A stretch of 64,000 nucleotides of DNA from Nannocystis bainbridge (GTDB lineage: Bacteria; Myxococcota_A; Polyangia; Nannocystales; Nannocystaceae). Below the pieces are notes generated by a model, which saw nothing but the letters and a program-made list of their open reading frames with translations, did no database searches and was not told the DNA's origin. The position numbers were made by a program, and so were the translations under genes. Below are positions 51,458 through 61,399 of this stretch, one piece after another (the stretch's first letter is position 1; each line of letters opens with the position of its first letter). The DNA lies in assembly GCF_028368995.1 (NCBI RefSeq), contig NZ_JAQNDL010000001.1, positions 768,001 through 832,000 on the forward strand, in the 5' to 3' direction.

Positions 51458-53808
51458 TCGAGGCGCAGCCCCAGCGACGGGAAGATCGGCAGCCCGAAGC
51501 CGCCGACCGTGTCGCGGAAATCATAGCTGTACACGTACATCTCGACGTTCTGATGGTTGTACACGTTGAGGATGTCGAGGTACGCGAGGAAGCTGACCCG
51601 CTTGTAGATCCAGCGCCGGTCGACGCGGATGTCGAGCTGATGGAAGGGCGGGAAGCGGGCCGAGTTCTGCAGCCCGCGGATCGGCAGGAAGCCGCCCTCG
51701 TACTCGAGCGAGCCGACCACTGGCGTGTACGGCTGGCCCGACACCAGACGGAACCGGCCGCCGATCTGCCAGCCGCGCCCCAGCTTGATCGACCCCACGA
51801 TCGTCAGGTTGTGCCGCTGGTCGAAGTCCCCCGGGCGGCGCCCGCCCGGATCGCCGTGCTGCTGCGCGAACAGCAGCTCGCTGTGCATCAGCGTGTACGC
51901 CAGCCAGCCGTACAGCCGGCGCGTCAGCGGCTTGCGCAGCAGCAGCTCGAGCCCGTACGTGCGCCCGTACGAGATCCGCGTGGCGAACCCGCCGAGGCTC
52001 ACCGGCGGCACCGCGTTGTCCTGATCGCGATAAAACCCCGTCGCGTCGATCGTCATGTCGGCCGGCAGGTCGTGCGACGCCCCTGCCGACAATTGCAGCG
52101 CCCGGATCACCCGCAGCGTGTTCTGCCCCGGCAGCACCGCGAACGCCGGCTCGAAGTTGGCGAAGTACGCCGGCAGCACCACCTGATTGGTCCCGATCTG
52201 CCCCGAGCTCGGCACGATGCGAGCGTCGACCCCGAACTCCGACTGCCGCGACTGCGAGTAGATGCCCGCGCCGAAGCGCAGGCGCCAGGCGTCGCTCACC
52301 TCCCACAGCCCGTTGATGCGCGGGTCGAGGGCGAACGCCCGCTCCGACCCGAGCGCGAACCCTGACGCGCGGAAGCCCGGCACCAGCAGCAGCGACCCGA
52401 GGCGCAGTCGCCCCGACGAGTACAGCCCGAGCCACGTCTGCTCGCCGCGCGCCGACTGCTCCGGCGGCGGCCAGCTGACCCCGTCGGGCACCTGGCCGCG
52501 GGCCCGGTAGTGATCGACGATCAGGTCCGCGCCGACGATCAGGTCGAACCGCTTCGACATCGAGCGCTGCAGCTCCGCCCGCAGCGACCCGACGTAGTCG
52601 CGGCGGAACTGCTCGCGCTCCTCGACCGGGATCAGCTGGCGGCCGACATCGAAGCGCAGCGCCGGCGACACCATCGTCGACCACGCCCCCATCTTCTTGC
52701 GATACGTGAAGTCGACGCGATGGAAGCTCGAGCGGTAGTCGACCGCGTCCTCGTAGCCGCCCTCCTTCTCGTAGTCGCGGAAGCGGAACCGGATGCGGTC
52801 GCCGGCCCCGAGCACGCGGGCCGAGATCGACGCCCCCTGCTTCAGCGGGAAGTCGACCATCGCCTGGTAATCGTAATAGGTCGGCAGCACCGTCCCGTTC
52901 GAGTCGGTGATCGACATGAACGCGCGCAGGCCCGCGTCCAGGTAGCCGCGCTGGGCCCCGACGATGAACGACCCGCGCTTCCCCAGCGGCCCCTCGACCA
53001 GCGCGCTCGCGGCTCGCAGGTCGACCCCGAGGTGCCCGTGGACCCCGTCGCGTCGCCCGCGGCGCGGCTCGATCACCACCATCCCGCCCGACGCGTTGCC
53101 GTAGCGGCTGTCGAAGTTGCCCGGCACGAAATCGAGGCGCTCGATCACATCACCCGGCACCACGCTCGCCAGCGCCAGCGCGTGGAACGCCCGCGGCACC
53201 GGGTGCTCGCCGACGAACACCCCCGACTGCAGCGGGCTCGCCCCGCGCAGCACCAGCAGCCCCAGCCCGCCCGGCGTGCGCGCCACCCCGGGCAGGTTCT
53301 GCAGCGCCCGCAGCGGATCGCCCTGGCTGCCGGGCATCGTCGCGATCTCCTCGCGCGACAGCGACCGCGCCCCCGCCTCGGGCCGCTTCTCCGTGGCGTC
53401 GCGGACCACCGTGCGATACGGGTTCCACTCGGTCGGCCGCGGGAACAGCTGCCGCTCCGTCGTCGCCCGCGCGAGGATCTCGAGCGTCTGCTCGAGCCGC
53501 TCGAACCCCGGCGTAGCGATCACCAGCCGCAGCTTCCCTGGCGGCAGGTCGACCGCGATCCGCCCCGCCGCGTCGGTCTCGACGATCGTCGTCTCGCCGC
53601 CGGCGCTCACCAGCACCACCCGCGCCTCGGCCAGCGCCGTGCGCAGCCCGGCCGCCCGCACCCGCGCCCGCAGCGTGCCGCAGTCGTCGCGCCCGGCGCA
53701 CGGCTCGCTGACCTGCGGCGGCGGCCGCGGCGGTGGGGCGGCATGCGCCTTCAGACATGCTCCAAAGTACATGACCAGAGCGACATGTCCCTGGCGCCAG
53801 CCGCTCAT
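51451..53808 (-). CDS. TonB-dependent receptor
   Basis: CarboxypepD_reg-like N-domain, plug DPLRALQNLPGV...YGNASGG, beta-barrel with YLDILNVYN, C-terminal LGLRLDY. Confidence 0.9.
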   Translation of the reverse strand: MSGWRQGHVALVMYFGACLKAHAAPPPRPPPQVSEPCAGRDDCGTLRARVRAAGLRTALAEARVVLVSAGGETTIVETDAAGRIAVDLPPGKLRLVIATPGFERLEQTLEILARATTERQLFPRPTEWNPYRTVVRDATEKRPEAGARSLSREEIATMPGSQGDPLRALQNLPGVARTPGGLGLLVLRGASPLQSGVFVGEHPVPRAFHALALASVVPGDVIERLDFVPGNFDSRYGNASGGMVVIEPRRGRRDGVHGHLGVDLRAASALVEGPLGKRGSFIVGAQRGYLDAGLRAFMSITDSNGTVLPTYYDYQAMVDFPLKQGASISARVLGAGDRIRFRFRDYEKEGGYEDAVDYRSSFHRVDFTYRKKMGAWSTMVSPALRFDVGRQLIPVEEREQFRRDYVGSLRAELQRSMSKRFDLIVGADLIVDHYRARGQVPDGVSWPPPEQSARGEQTWLGLYSSGRLRLGSLLLVPGFRASGFALGSERAFALDPRINGLWEVSDAWRLRFGAGIYSQSRQSEFGVDARIVPSSGQIGTNQVVLPAYFANFEPAFAVLPGQNTLRVIRALQLSAGASHDLPADMTIDATGFYRDQDNAVPPVSLGGFATRISYGRTYGLELLLRKPLTRRLYGWLAYTLMHSELLFAQQHGDPGGRRPGDFDQRHNLTIVGSIKLGRGWQIGGRFRLVSGQPYTPVVGSLEYEGGFLPIRGLQNSARFPPFHQLDIRVDRRWIYKRVSFLAYLDILNVYNHQNVEMYVYSYDFRDTVGGFGLPIFPSLGLRLDY
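53739..53790. repeat. 14-bp-period array within the signal peptide coding region of the TonB receptor
   Basis: CATG cores at 53742, 53756, 53770, 53784. Confidence 0.85.
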
Positions 53809-54917
53809 CGCCCCGCGACCTCGACCCGCAGCCACGCCGTCGTGGCGCTGCGGCCGTCGGCGAGGATGACGTACAGGTGGTGCGTGCCCGGCTGCTCGGG
53901 CGCGCGCCACTCGACCTCGAAGCCCGGCCCGGCGGTCGCCTCGAACGGCGCCGGCACCGTCGCAAACCACGCCGCCCCGCGGATCTCGACGATCGGCGAC
54001 ACCGAGACCGCCAGCGTCGACTGGTCGACCGACACCGAGTAGTACGTCTGCGGCGGCGCCGCCTCGACCAGCGACAGCGTCAGCTCGTCACCTGTCCCAA
54101 CGGACAGGGTCGCCCCCGACTGCGCCTCGAGGAAGTACTCGCCGCCGCCCGGCGCCGGCACCCACGCCGCGAAGTGGGCGATCGCCGGCGCCACGTCCGG
54201 CTCGACCTGGCTGATCTGCCACGGCAGGTCCGACGGCCCCACCGGCGAGGTCGCCCCCATCGCCGCCCCCGCCACCACCGTGCGCCAAGTCGGCCCGATC
54301 CGCAGCGTGCGGACGAAGAACAGGCAGTCGCGCAGCGACGACGACGCGGTCGCCAGCGCGTCGGCGCGGCGCAGGCACTCCTGCGTGCTCGGCCCCTCGG
54401 GCGTGCCCGCCACCATCATCACGATCACGCCGATGCTGGCCGCGTCGACCACGTCGCGCAGCGGCCCGAGCTCGAACGTCGCCGCCGGCCCCGGATCCAG
54501 CGCGCAGGTGTCGAGGTTCGGCAGCGCGACCGGGCCGCACGGCAGCGCCTCCGTAAGGTCGACCACCTGGCCGCCGGTGCAGCCGATCCCGCCGCACACG
54601 AACCATCGCGGCTGCAGCGCCGCGACATCGACCGGCCCCTCGGGCCCGGCCACGAACGCGGTGGCCCGCACGCGGTCGCCGGGCATCGCCTCGACCACGG
54701 GGCCGCCGCCGGGCGGCGGGTCCGCGCCCCACGGCCCCGGCTCGATCACCTCGAAGCGCATCGCCAGCGCGTCGGTGTGATCGATCACCCAATACGGGCG
54801 CTCCTCGGGCAAGCAGCTCGCGCCCGCCAGCGCCGCCGCGACCATCACCAGGCTCGCGCCGATCGGCGCCGCGGCGCCCTCGCGGGCCCGGGAGCGCAGC
54901 CATGCGCGGAGCGGCAC
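53805..54917 (-). CDS. Lipoprotein co-transcribed with the TonB-dependent receptor
   Basis: Lipobox GASC; 4-bp overlap with the receptor start. Start may be 54845. Confidence 0.75.
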   Translation of the reverse strand: MPLRAWLRSRAREGAAAPIGASLVMVAAALAGASCLPEERPYWVIDHTDALAMRFEVIEPGPWGADPPPGGGPVVEAMPGDRVRATAFVAGPEGPVDVAALQPRWFVCGGIGCTGGQVVDLTEALPCGPVALPNLDTCALDPGPAATFELGPLRDVVDAASIGVIVMMVAGTPEGPSTQECLRRADALATASSSLRDCLFFVRTLRIGPTWRTVVAGAAMGATSPVGPSDLPWQISQVEPDVAPAIAHFAAWVPAPGGGEYFLEAQSGATLSVGTGDELTLSLVEAAPPQTYYSVSVDQSTLAVSVSPIVEIRGAAWFATVPAPFEATAGPGFEVEWRAPEQPGTHHLYVILADGRSATTAWLRVEVAGR

Positions 54918-54983
54918 CGGGGGAGCCTAACCGCTCAGATTCTCGTTGTCGACCGCGCCCGCCTCCGCGATCCTCCGGCCCGC

Positions 54984-56045
54984 ATGGTCTCCTTGCACGA
55001 GACACTCCACCGGCCCTGGTTGACCGAGCTCTTGCGCAGCTGGCACGAGTTCAACAAGCGGCACCTCGGCGGCGCCCTCAAGCCGCCGGTGCTGCAGATC
55101 GATCTCTCGACCGCGCGCCTCGGTCACTGGCAGCGCGAGACGCGGACGCTCGGCCTGGCCCACGAGCACCTGCTGTCGCATCGATGGGACGACGTCCTCG
55201 ACACCCTCAAGCACGAGATGGCCCACCAGTACGTCGACGAGGTCCTCGGCGGCGACGTGCGCCCGCACGGCCCGCAGTTCGCCCGCGCCTGCGCCTTGCT
55301 CGAGATCCGGCCCGACGCCACCGGCAATCCGCGCGCCAGCGACGACCCGGCCGCGCGCGTGCTCAAGCGCGTGCAGAAGCTGCTCGCGCTGGCCACCAGC
55401 GCCAACCGCCACGAGGCCGAGGCGGCCATGGCCGCCGCCAACACCTTGCTGCTGCGCTACAACCTCGACCTGCCGCAGGACGGCCCGCCGCGCGACTACG
55501 AGGCGCGCCGCCTCGGCGACAGCGCCGCCGCGATCGGCCTCGAGGCCAAGCTCGTCAGCTCGATCCTCAGCGAGTTCTTCTTCGTCGAGTGCATCTGGGT
55601 CACCACCTACAACGCCCGCCGGCTCCGGACCGAGCGCGTGCTCGAGGTCCTCGGCACCGCCGAGAACCTCGAGATGGCCGCCTACGTCCACGACTTCCTG
55701 CACGCTTCCACCAAGCGCCTGTGGCAGCAGGCCAAGCAGGACATGGGCCTGCCCGCCAACCGCCGCCGGGAGTTCAGCGCCGGCCTCCTCACCGGCTTCC
55801 GCGACAAGCTCCGCGGCGAGCGCCAGCGCAACGAAGAGCAGGGCCTCGTGTGGCTCGGCGACGTCGACCTCGACCGTTACCTCCGCGGCCGCCACCCGTA
55901 CATCCGCAGCATGGGCTCCTCCGCCGTCCAGCGCGGCCGGGCCCACGCGGCTGGCCGCGCCGCCGGCGAGGGCCTCACGCTGCACAAGCCGGTCCGCGAG
56001 CACGCCAGCCGCGGCCTCGCCCTCCCGCGCGGCCGCGACGACTGA
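54984..56045 (+). CDS. SprT-like zinc metalloprotease domain plus DUF2786 domain protein
   Basis: TLKHEMAHQY, PHGPQFARAC; RVQKLLALATSANRHEAEAAM. Confidence 0.85.
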   Translation: MVSLHETLHRPWLTELLRSWHEFNKRHLGGALKPPVLQIDLSTARLGHWQRETRTLGLAHEHLLSHRWDDVLDTLKHEMAHQYVDEVLGGDVRPHGPQFARACALLEIRPDATGNPRASDDPAARVLKRVQKLLALATSANRHEAEAAMAAANTLLLRYNLDLPQDGPPRDYEARRLGDSAAAIGLEAKLVSSILSEFFFVECIWVTTYNARRLRTERVLEVLGTAENLEMAAYVHDFLHASTKRLWQQAKQDMGLPANRRREFSAGLLTGFRDKLRGERQRNEEQGLVWLGDVDLDRYLRGRHPYIRSMGSSAVQRGRAHAAGRAAGEGLTLHKPVREHASRGLALPRGRDD

Positions 56046-56055
56046 CCGACCCTTG

Positions 56056-56121
56056 GGACATGTCCTCTCGACCATGCCCTGAAGGGCATGTCCCATCGAG
56101 CATATCCCAAAGCCCATGTCG
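56056..56121. repeat. 14-bp-period TGTCC-N4-GGACA array
   Basis: Cores at 56059, 56073, 56087, 56101, 56115. Confidence 0.9.
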
Positions 56122-56310
56122 CAAATGGGGCCACGCCGGGCCGCGCTCACCTGCCACCGCTTCGCACACGGCGGCGCGCCCCGACAGCCTCGCCCCGTCA
56201 GTGACAGCGATGTCGCGGCGGCCCCGGCCCGATCCGCGCATTTGGGCCCGAACGGCCGCTGGAGGCCCTCAGACCGCCTTGGCACGCCTCCTGCTTTGTC
56301 CCCTCGCATC

Positions 56311-57366
56311 ATGCTCAGCCCGCGGATCGTCCTCAGCCTCGCCCTCCTGCCCGCCCTCGCCCTCGCGCCTGCGTGCGACGACAAGCAGGGCCCCAGCACC
56401 GGCGACGTGACCGACGACACCACCACCGACGGCCAGAGCAGCACCGCCGACGTCCCCGACGGCCCGCCCGAGCCCGACACCACCGAGGGCGAGGGCGCCA
56501 CCAGCAGCCCCGAAGTCCCCGAGGGCACCGACAGCGAGAGCGAGAGCGAGGGCGAGAGCGAGGGCGAGGACCAGCCCGAGCCGCCCCCGCCGGCGCCGCG
56601 CCCCCAGGCCGTCCAGCCCTGTGACGGCTGGGAGTGGCCGCATCAGCGCGAGTGCGACACCGAGGACGGCCAGATCGGCGTCCAGGTCTGCTTCGTCCAC
56701 GAGGGCCAGGAGCACTACACCGAGTGCGACAGCGACGAGCTGCCCGCCTGCCTCCCGGAAGACGGCTGGGACCTGGGCTGCATGGGTGAGTTCTGCGCCT
56801 TCGACGGCGCCGAGCTGTACCTCTACTCGTGGGCCGAGGACCGCTGCGACACCCCGCTCGTCCTCAACTTCGACGGCGCCCCGCTGCGCTTCGACGCCGC
56901 CTCCGCCGCCTCGTTCGACATCTCCGGCGTCGGCCAGTGCCTGAGCACCGACTGGCCGACCCTCCCGTGGCTCGCGCTCGACCGCGACCGCGACGGCGCG
57001 ATCGACAGCGGCCGCGAGCTGTTCGGCAGCGGCACCGTGCTGCGCAGCGGTCGTCGGGCCGGCCACGGCTTCGAGGCGCTGGCCGAGCACGACCTCAACC
57101 GCGACGGCAAAATCGACGCCGCCGACCCCGTGTTCGCCGAGCTCGTGCTCTGGTCCGACGGCGACGGCGATCGCCGCGGCGAGCTGTCCGAGCTGGTGCC
57201 CGTCGCCCACGTCGATCTCGTCGCCATCCACCTCGACGTGGCAGTGCGCGCCGAGTGCGACGACCGCGGCAACTGCGGCCGCGAGCGCGCCCGCTTCGAG
57301 TACAGAAACCTCGCCGGCGAGGTCCAGAGCGGCGAAGTCGTCGACGTCTACCTCGCCTGCCAGTGA
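56311..57366 (+). CDS. Calcium-binding (EF-hand-like, RTX-associated domain) lipoprotein
   Basis: Lipobox APAC; TPLVLNFDG, LALDRDRDGAIDSGRELFG, DLNRDGKIDAAD. Confidence 0.85.
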   Translation: MLSPRIVLSLALLPALALAPACDDKQGPSTGDVTDDTTTDGQSSTADVPDGPPEPDTTEGEGATSSPEVPEGTDSESESEGESEGEDQPEPPPPAPRPQAVQPCDGWEWPHQRECDTEDGQIGVQVCFVHEGQEHYTECDSDELPACLPEDGWDLGCMGEFCAFDGAELYLYSWAEDRCDTPLVLNFDGAPLRFDAASAASFDISGVGQCLSTDWPTLPWLALDRDRDGAIDSGRELFGSGTVLRSGRRAGHGFEALAEHDLNRDGKIDAADPVFAELVLWSDGDGDRRGELSELVPVAHVDLVAIHLDVAVRAECDDRGNCGRERARFEYRNLAGEVQSGEVVDVYLACQ

Positions 57367-57515
57367 GCCTCCGCCCTCGTCCTCCATCAACCCCCCGCGC
57401 GCGGTCGCCTCTACAGGCGGTCGCGCGCGGTCCTTCGTGCTCCTGCCGCCGCTCCGGTCGGCGCCCCTTCACGCGGCGCTTGCCCTCCCCGGCGCCCCCG
57501 CGGCATGTTTCGCCC

Positions 57516-58679
57516 GTGTTCTCGCGCCGCACCGCCTGGCCGCCCGTCGACGACGCCCCGCTCGTCGCGCCGCCCGGCGCCCTCGACCTCACCGTCTCCA
57601 ACCCCACCGCCGTCGGCCTCTCGCACCCACCCGACTTTTGGGCCAGCCTCGGCGATCCCGGCAGCGCCGCCTACGACCCCGACCCGCTCGGCCTCCTGCA
57701 GGCGCGCGCCGCCGTCGCTGACTACTACCGCGCCCGCGCCCCCGGCCTCGCCCTCGACCTCGCCGACATCTGCCTGCTCGCCGGCACCAGCGAGGCCTAC
57801 GCCCACCTCCTCGCCGTGCTCTGCGACCCCGGCGACGTCGTCCTCGTGCCCCAGCCCGGCTACCCGCTGCTGCCGATGATCGCCGACCTCGCCCACGTCG
57901 AGCTGCGGCCCTATCCGCTCCTGTACGACGGGACATGGTCGATCGACCAGGCCGCCCTCGCCGCCGCCGTCTGCCCGCGGACCCGCGCGATCGTCCTCGT
58001 CGCCCCCAACAACCCCACCGGCAACTACCTCGCCGCCGACGAGCTCGCAGCCGTCGACGCCCTCGCCGCCGCTCACGGCCTCGGCGTGCTCGTCGACGAG
58101 GTCTTCTTCGACTATCCCATCGGACATGTCCCCGGGGCCAGCCCCCTCGACGCCCCGCGCCAGGCCCTCACCTTCGTGCTCTCCGGCCTGTCGAAGGTCG
58201 CCGCCCTGCCGCAGCTCAAGCTCGCCTGGGCCGTCGCCCGCGGCCCGCAGGCGCTCGTGCGCGAGGCCATGCGCCGGCTCGAGCTCGTCGCCGACACCTA
58301 CCTCAGCCTCGCCACTCCGGTGCAGCGGGCGGCCGCTACCCTCCTCGCCGCCGCCCCGGCCATGCAGGCGGCGATCTGCCGGCGCGTCCGCGCCAACCTC
58401 GACCGCCTGCGTCGCGCCTGCATCGGCACCGCGCTCGGCGTCCTCGACGTCGAGGCCGGCTGGACCGCGCTCGTCCGCATGCCGCACGTGCTCGACGACG
58501 GCGGCCACGGCTGGGCCCGCGAGCTCGCGCGCGTCGGCGTGCTCACCCAGCCCGGCGAGCTCTACGAGCTGCCCCCCGCCCACCTCGCGCTGTCCCTCAT
58601 CACCCCCGAGCCCGACTTCGCCGACGGCCTCGAACGCATCACGGAGCATGTCGCGCACGTGCTAGCCTCCGCCCCATGA
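57516..58679 (+). CDS. PLP-dependent aminotransferase class I/II
   Basis: LDLTVSNPT, PNNPTG, VDEVFFDY, LSGLSKV. GTG start assumed. Confidence 0.9.
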   Translation: MFSRRTAWPPVDDAPLVAPPGALDLTVSNPTAVGLSHPPDFWASLGDPGSAAYDPDPLGLLQARAAVADYYRARAPGLALDLADICLLAGTSEAYAHLLAVLCDPGDVVLVPQPGYPLLPMIADLAHVELRPYPLLYDGTWSIDQAALAAAVCPRTRAIVLVAPNNPTGNYLAADELAAVDALAAAHGLGVLVDEVFFDYPIGHVPGASPLDAPRQALTFVLSGLSKVAALPQLKLAWAVARGPQALVREAMRRLELVADTYLSLATPVQRAAATLLAAAPAMQAAICRRVRANLDRLRRACIGTALGVLDVEAGWTALVRMPHVLDDGGHGWARELARVGVLTQPGELYELPPAHLALSLITPEPDFADGLERITEHVAHVLASAP

Positions 58680-59326
58680 TCTCGCTGATCGGCCCCGACC
58701 TCGCCGCCTACGTCGACGCCCATACCACCGCCGAGTCGCCGCTGTTCGCCCGCCTGCGCGCCGAGACCCAGGCCGACCTCGCCTCGCCGCAGATGCAGGT
58801 CGGCCACGTCGAGGGCGCCCTCCTGCGGATCCTCGTCGCCGTCAGCCGCGCCCGCGACGTGCTCGAGATCGGCACCTTCAGCGGCTACTCCGGCCTCGCC
58901 ATGGCCAGCGCCCTGCCCGACGACGGCAAGCTCGTCACCTGCGACATCGACCCCGTCGCCACCGCCGTCGCCCGCCGTTACTTCGCCGAGTCCGGCCACG
59001 GCCACAAGATCGACCTCCGCCTCGCGCCCGCGCTCGACACCATCGCCGCGCTCGCCCGCGAAGGCCGCCGCTTCGACCTCGTCTTCATCGACGCCGACAA
59101 GCACAACTACATCAACTACTGGGACGCCGTGCTCCCGCTGGTCCCCGTCGGCGGCCTCGTCGTCGCCGACAACACCCTGTGGAGCGGCAAGGTCGTCGCC
59201 CCCAAGGAAGACAGCGACCACGCCATCGTCGCCTTCAACCGCCACGTCGCCGCCGACCTGCGCGTCGAGCACGTCCTCCTGTCCGTGCGCGACGGCGTCA
59301 TGCTCGCCCGCAAGCTGCGCGATTAG
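58676..59326 (+). CDS. SAM-dependent O-methyltransferase (caffeoyl-CoA OMT-like)
   Basis: VLEIGTFSGYS, FDLVFIDADK, DNTLWSG; ATGA overlap with the upstream gene. Confidence 0.93.
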   Translation: MISLIGPDLAAYVDAHTTAESPLFARLRAETQADLASPQMQVGHVEGALLRILVAVSRARDVLEIGTFSGYSGLAMASALPDDGKLVTCDIDPVATAVARRYFAESGHGHKIDLRLAPALDTIAALAREGRRFDLVFIDADKHNYINYWDAVLPLVPVGGLVVADNTLWSGKVVAPKEDSDHAIVAFNRHVAADLRVEHVLLSVRDGVMLARKLRD

Positions 59327-59366
59327 ACATGTCCCTCGGGACATCCCCCGCCCTTCGGACATGTCC
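59325..59366. repeat. Short TGTCC-N4-GGACA array
   Basis: Cores at 59328 and 59342, plus an out-of-phase core at 59360. Confidence 0.75.
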
Positions 59367-59466
59367 CAAACACCCGCCGATGTCCGCGGCCTCCTCCGCC
59401 GTTCGGCCAGGTCCCAACCCCGGCCGAGCCCCGCCCCTCTCTCGCTCCTGACCTGACTTGAAAGCC

Positions 59467-60321
59467 ATGTCCCAAGCGCCCTCTTCATGGTTCTCCGCCG
59501 ACCCGGGCAAGGCCTGGACCGAGCGGTTCATCCTGCTCTACAGCCCGATCTGGATCGCCCTCGTCGGCTGGGCCCTGCTCAGCCGGGCCGTGCTCGCCTG
59601 GGACGACCTCACCTTCATGGGCTTCGGCCTGCTCGTCGGCGCCCCGCCGGTGCTGGTGCCCGCGCTGCTGCACCGCCGCCACCCGGCCCTGCGCGCGACC
59701 CCGTGGTACGACAGCTACTGGTTCAAGTTCAACGCCTGGATCTTCCTGTTCGTCTTCGTCGGCACGTACTTCCTGACCCACTACTTCTTCGACGTCCTCG
59801 GCATGCGCTACGCCTTCCCGACCCAGTGGAACGGCGGCGCCGCGCTGGTCGGCCGCTCGCGCGGCGAGATCCCGCTGTTCATGTACCCGCTGACGCAGGC
59901 CTACTTCGTGACCTACCACGTGGTCATGTTGGTCTGCATCCGCCGCGTCCGCGGCCTGCTCGGCCTCGCCGAACCTGGCGCCGAGGACATGTCCCCGAGA
60001 TCGACCCGGTTCGTGCGCCGGCTCGCCCTCGCCTGCGTCGTGGTCGGCCTCGCCTACGCCGTCTCGTTCGCCGAGACCTGGTTCATGGCCAGCGACGCCA
60101 TCAGCGAATACTTCCGCTACGCCGACAAGGCGCGCATGCTCAAGTACGGCTCGCTGTTCTACGCCTGCTACTTCCTCGTCAGCCTGCCGCTGCTGGAGCG
60201 CCTCGACCCCGCGGGCAAGCGCACCCCGCTCGGCCAGGCCGTGCTCTCGAGCCTCGCCGCCGGCATGCTCGTGTTCTTCATCCTCGACCTGCTCACCTGG
60301 GTCATCGGCCCGATCGTCTAG
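59467..60321 (+). CDS. Cyclopropyl sterol isomerase (cycloeucalenol cycloisomerase, CPI1) homolog
   Basis: WFSADPGKAWTERFILLYSPIW, YWFKFNAWI, GTYFLTHYFFDVLG.RY.FP, YFVTYH, GSLFYACYFLVSLP, SLAAGMLV match plant CPI1 motifs as I recall them. Confidence 0.85.
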   Translation: MSQAPSSWFSADPGKAWTERFILLYSPIWIALVGWALLSRAVLAWDDLTFMGFGLLVGAPPVLVPALLHRRHPALRATPWYDSYWFKFNAWIFLFVFVGTYFLTHYFFDVLGMRYAFPTQWNGGAALVGRSRGEIPLFMYPLTQAYFVTYHVVMLVCIRRVRGLLGLAEPGAEDMSPRSTRFVRRLALACVVVGLAYAVSFAETWFMASDAISEYFRYADKARMLKYGSLFYACYFLVSLPLLERLDPAGKRTPLGQAVLSSLAAGMLVFFILDLLTWVIGPIV

Positions 60322-60325
60322 CCGC

Positions 60326-60724
60326 ATGCGCCCGCCGACCCCCGACCCCCAGCTCGCCGACCTGTGGCTCGTGCTCGACGACGTGCACCCGGCCCTGCGC
60401 CAGCGCGGCCTCGACCCGGCCTCGCGCTGGCCGGTCCCCGCCGGCATTCGGCTGACGATCGGCCAGCGCCCCGCCGATCACATCCAGCTGCCGCTCACCC
60501 GCCAGGCCCTGCTCGGCGGCCAGACCGCCTACGTGTTCGTGCGCCGCGACGACGGCCGCGTCGAGGTCCAGCACACCGGCCACATCGGCCACTTCCGCCT
60601 CGGCGGCCGCGTCTTCAACAACACCGTGCAACCGCCGCCGGCCCTGGCCCCCGGCGAGGCCGTCGACCTGCTCACCGTCGACGGCGAGCTCGGCCTGCGC
60701 CTGCGCCTCCAGGCCGGCTCCTGA
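60326..60724 (+). CDS. Hypothetical protein, possibly FHA-like
   Basis: LTIGQRPADHIQL...LAPGEAVDL resembles an FHA beta-sandwich but lacks the canonical GR/SxxH residues. Confidence 0.55.
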   Translation: MRPPTPDPQLADLWLVLDDVHPALRQRGLDPASRWPVPAGIRLTIGQRPADHIQLPLTRQALLGGQTAYVFVRRDDGRVEVQHTGHIGHFRLGGRVFNNTVQPPPALAPGEAVDLLTVDGELGLRLRLQAGS

Positions 60725-60735
60725 CCGGTATCGAG

Positions 60736-60801
60736 GGACATGCTCCGAGGGACATGTTCGATGGGACCTATCCTTACGAACATTCCCCGAGGGACATGTC
60801 C
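60736..60801. repeat. 14-bp-period TGTCC-N4-GGACA array
   Basis: Cores at 60739, 60753, 60767, 60781, 60795. Confidence 0.9.
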
Positions 60802-60813
60802 CAAACCGTCGCC

Positions 60814-61359
60814 ATGAAGCTGCGCCCCCTCCGCTGGCCCGCCGACGCCGACGCGCTGCGCGATCTGCCCGCCGCCTACAGCACCTCGGCCATCTTCGTG
60901 CCGGAGGTCGACGGCCTCGGCGTGCGCCTGCGAGAGACCCGGCTGCGCGTCCCCTTCGCCAAGACCTACCCCGCCGAGACCCTGCTCGAAGCCGCCGCGA
61001 CCGCCTCCTTCGCCGTGGTCGCCGAAGCGGCGGCCGGCGGGCTCGCTGGATTCACGGCGGTCCAGCTGCGGCCGTGGAACCGCAGCGCCGAGCTGAGCGC
61101 CCTCTTCGTCGCGCCCGACAGTCGCGGCCAGGGTCTCGGCAGGGCTCTCATGCTCGCCGCCATCGAGTTCGCCCGCGGCGAGCGCGTGCGGTGCCTGACC
61201 CTCGAGACGCAGTGCACCAACGCCCCCGCGATCCGGTTCTATCAGCGCGCCGGCTTCCAATTCTGCGGCGTGCACACCGCCCTGTACGACCCCGCCACGG
61301 TCGCGCCCGAGGAGGCCGCCGTGTTCTTCACGTACCCGCTCGACGCCGTGGGCGGCTGA
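60814..61359 (+). CDS. GNAT family N-acetyltransferase (streptothricin acetyltransferase-like)
   Basis: WNRSAEL, VAPDSRGQGLGRAL, LETQCTNAPAIRFYQRAGF, LYD. Confidence 0.88.
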   Translation: MKLRPLRWPADADALRDLPAAYSTSAIFVPEVDGLGVRLRETRLRVPFAKTYPAETLLEAAATASFAVVAEAAAGGLAGFTAVQLRPWNRSAELSALFVAPDSRGQGLGRALMLAAIEFARGERVRCLTLETQCTNAPAIRFYQRAGFQFCGVHTALYDPATVAPEEAAVFFTYPLDAVGG

Positions 61360-61399
61360 TTCCCGCCCCGCCCACGAGCTCCTCGCGCCCGGCTCGGCT

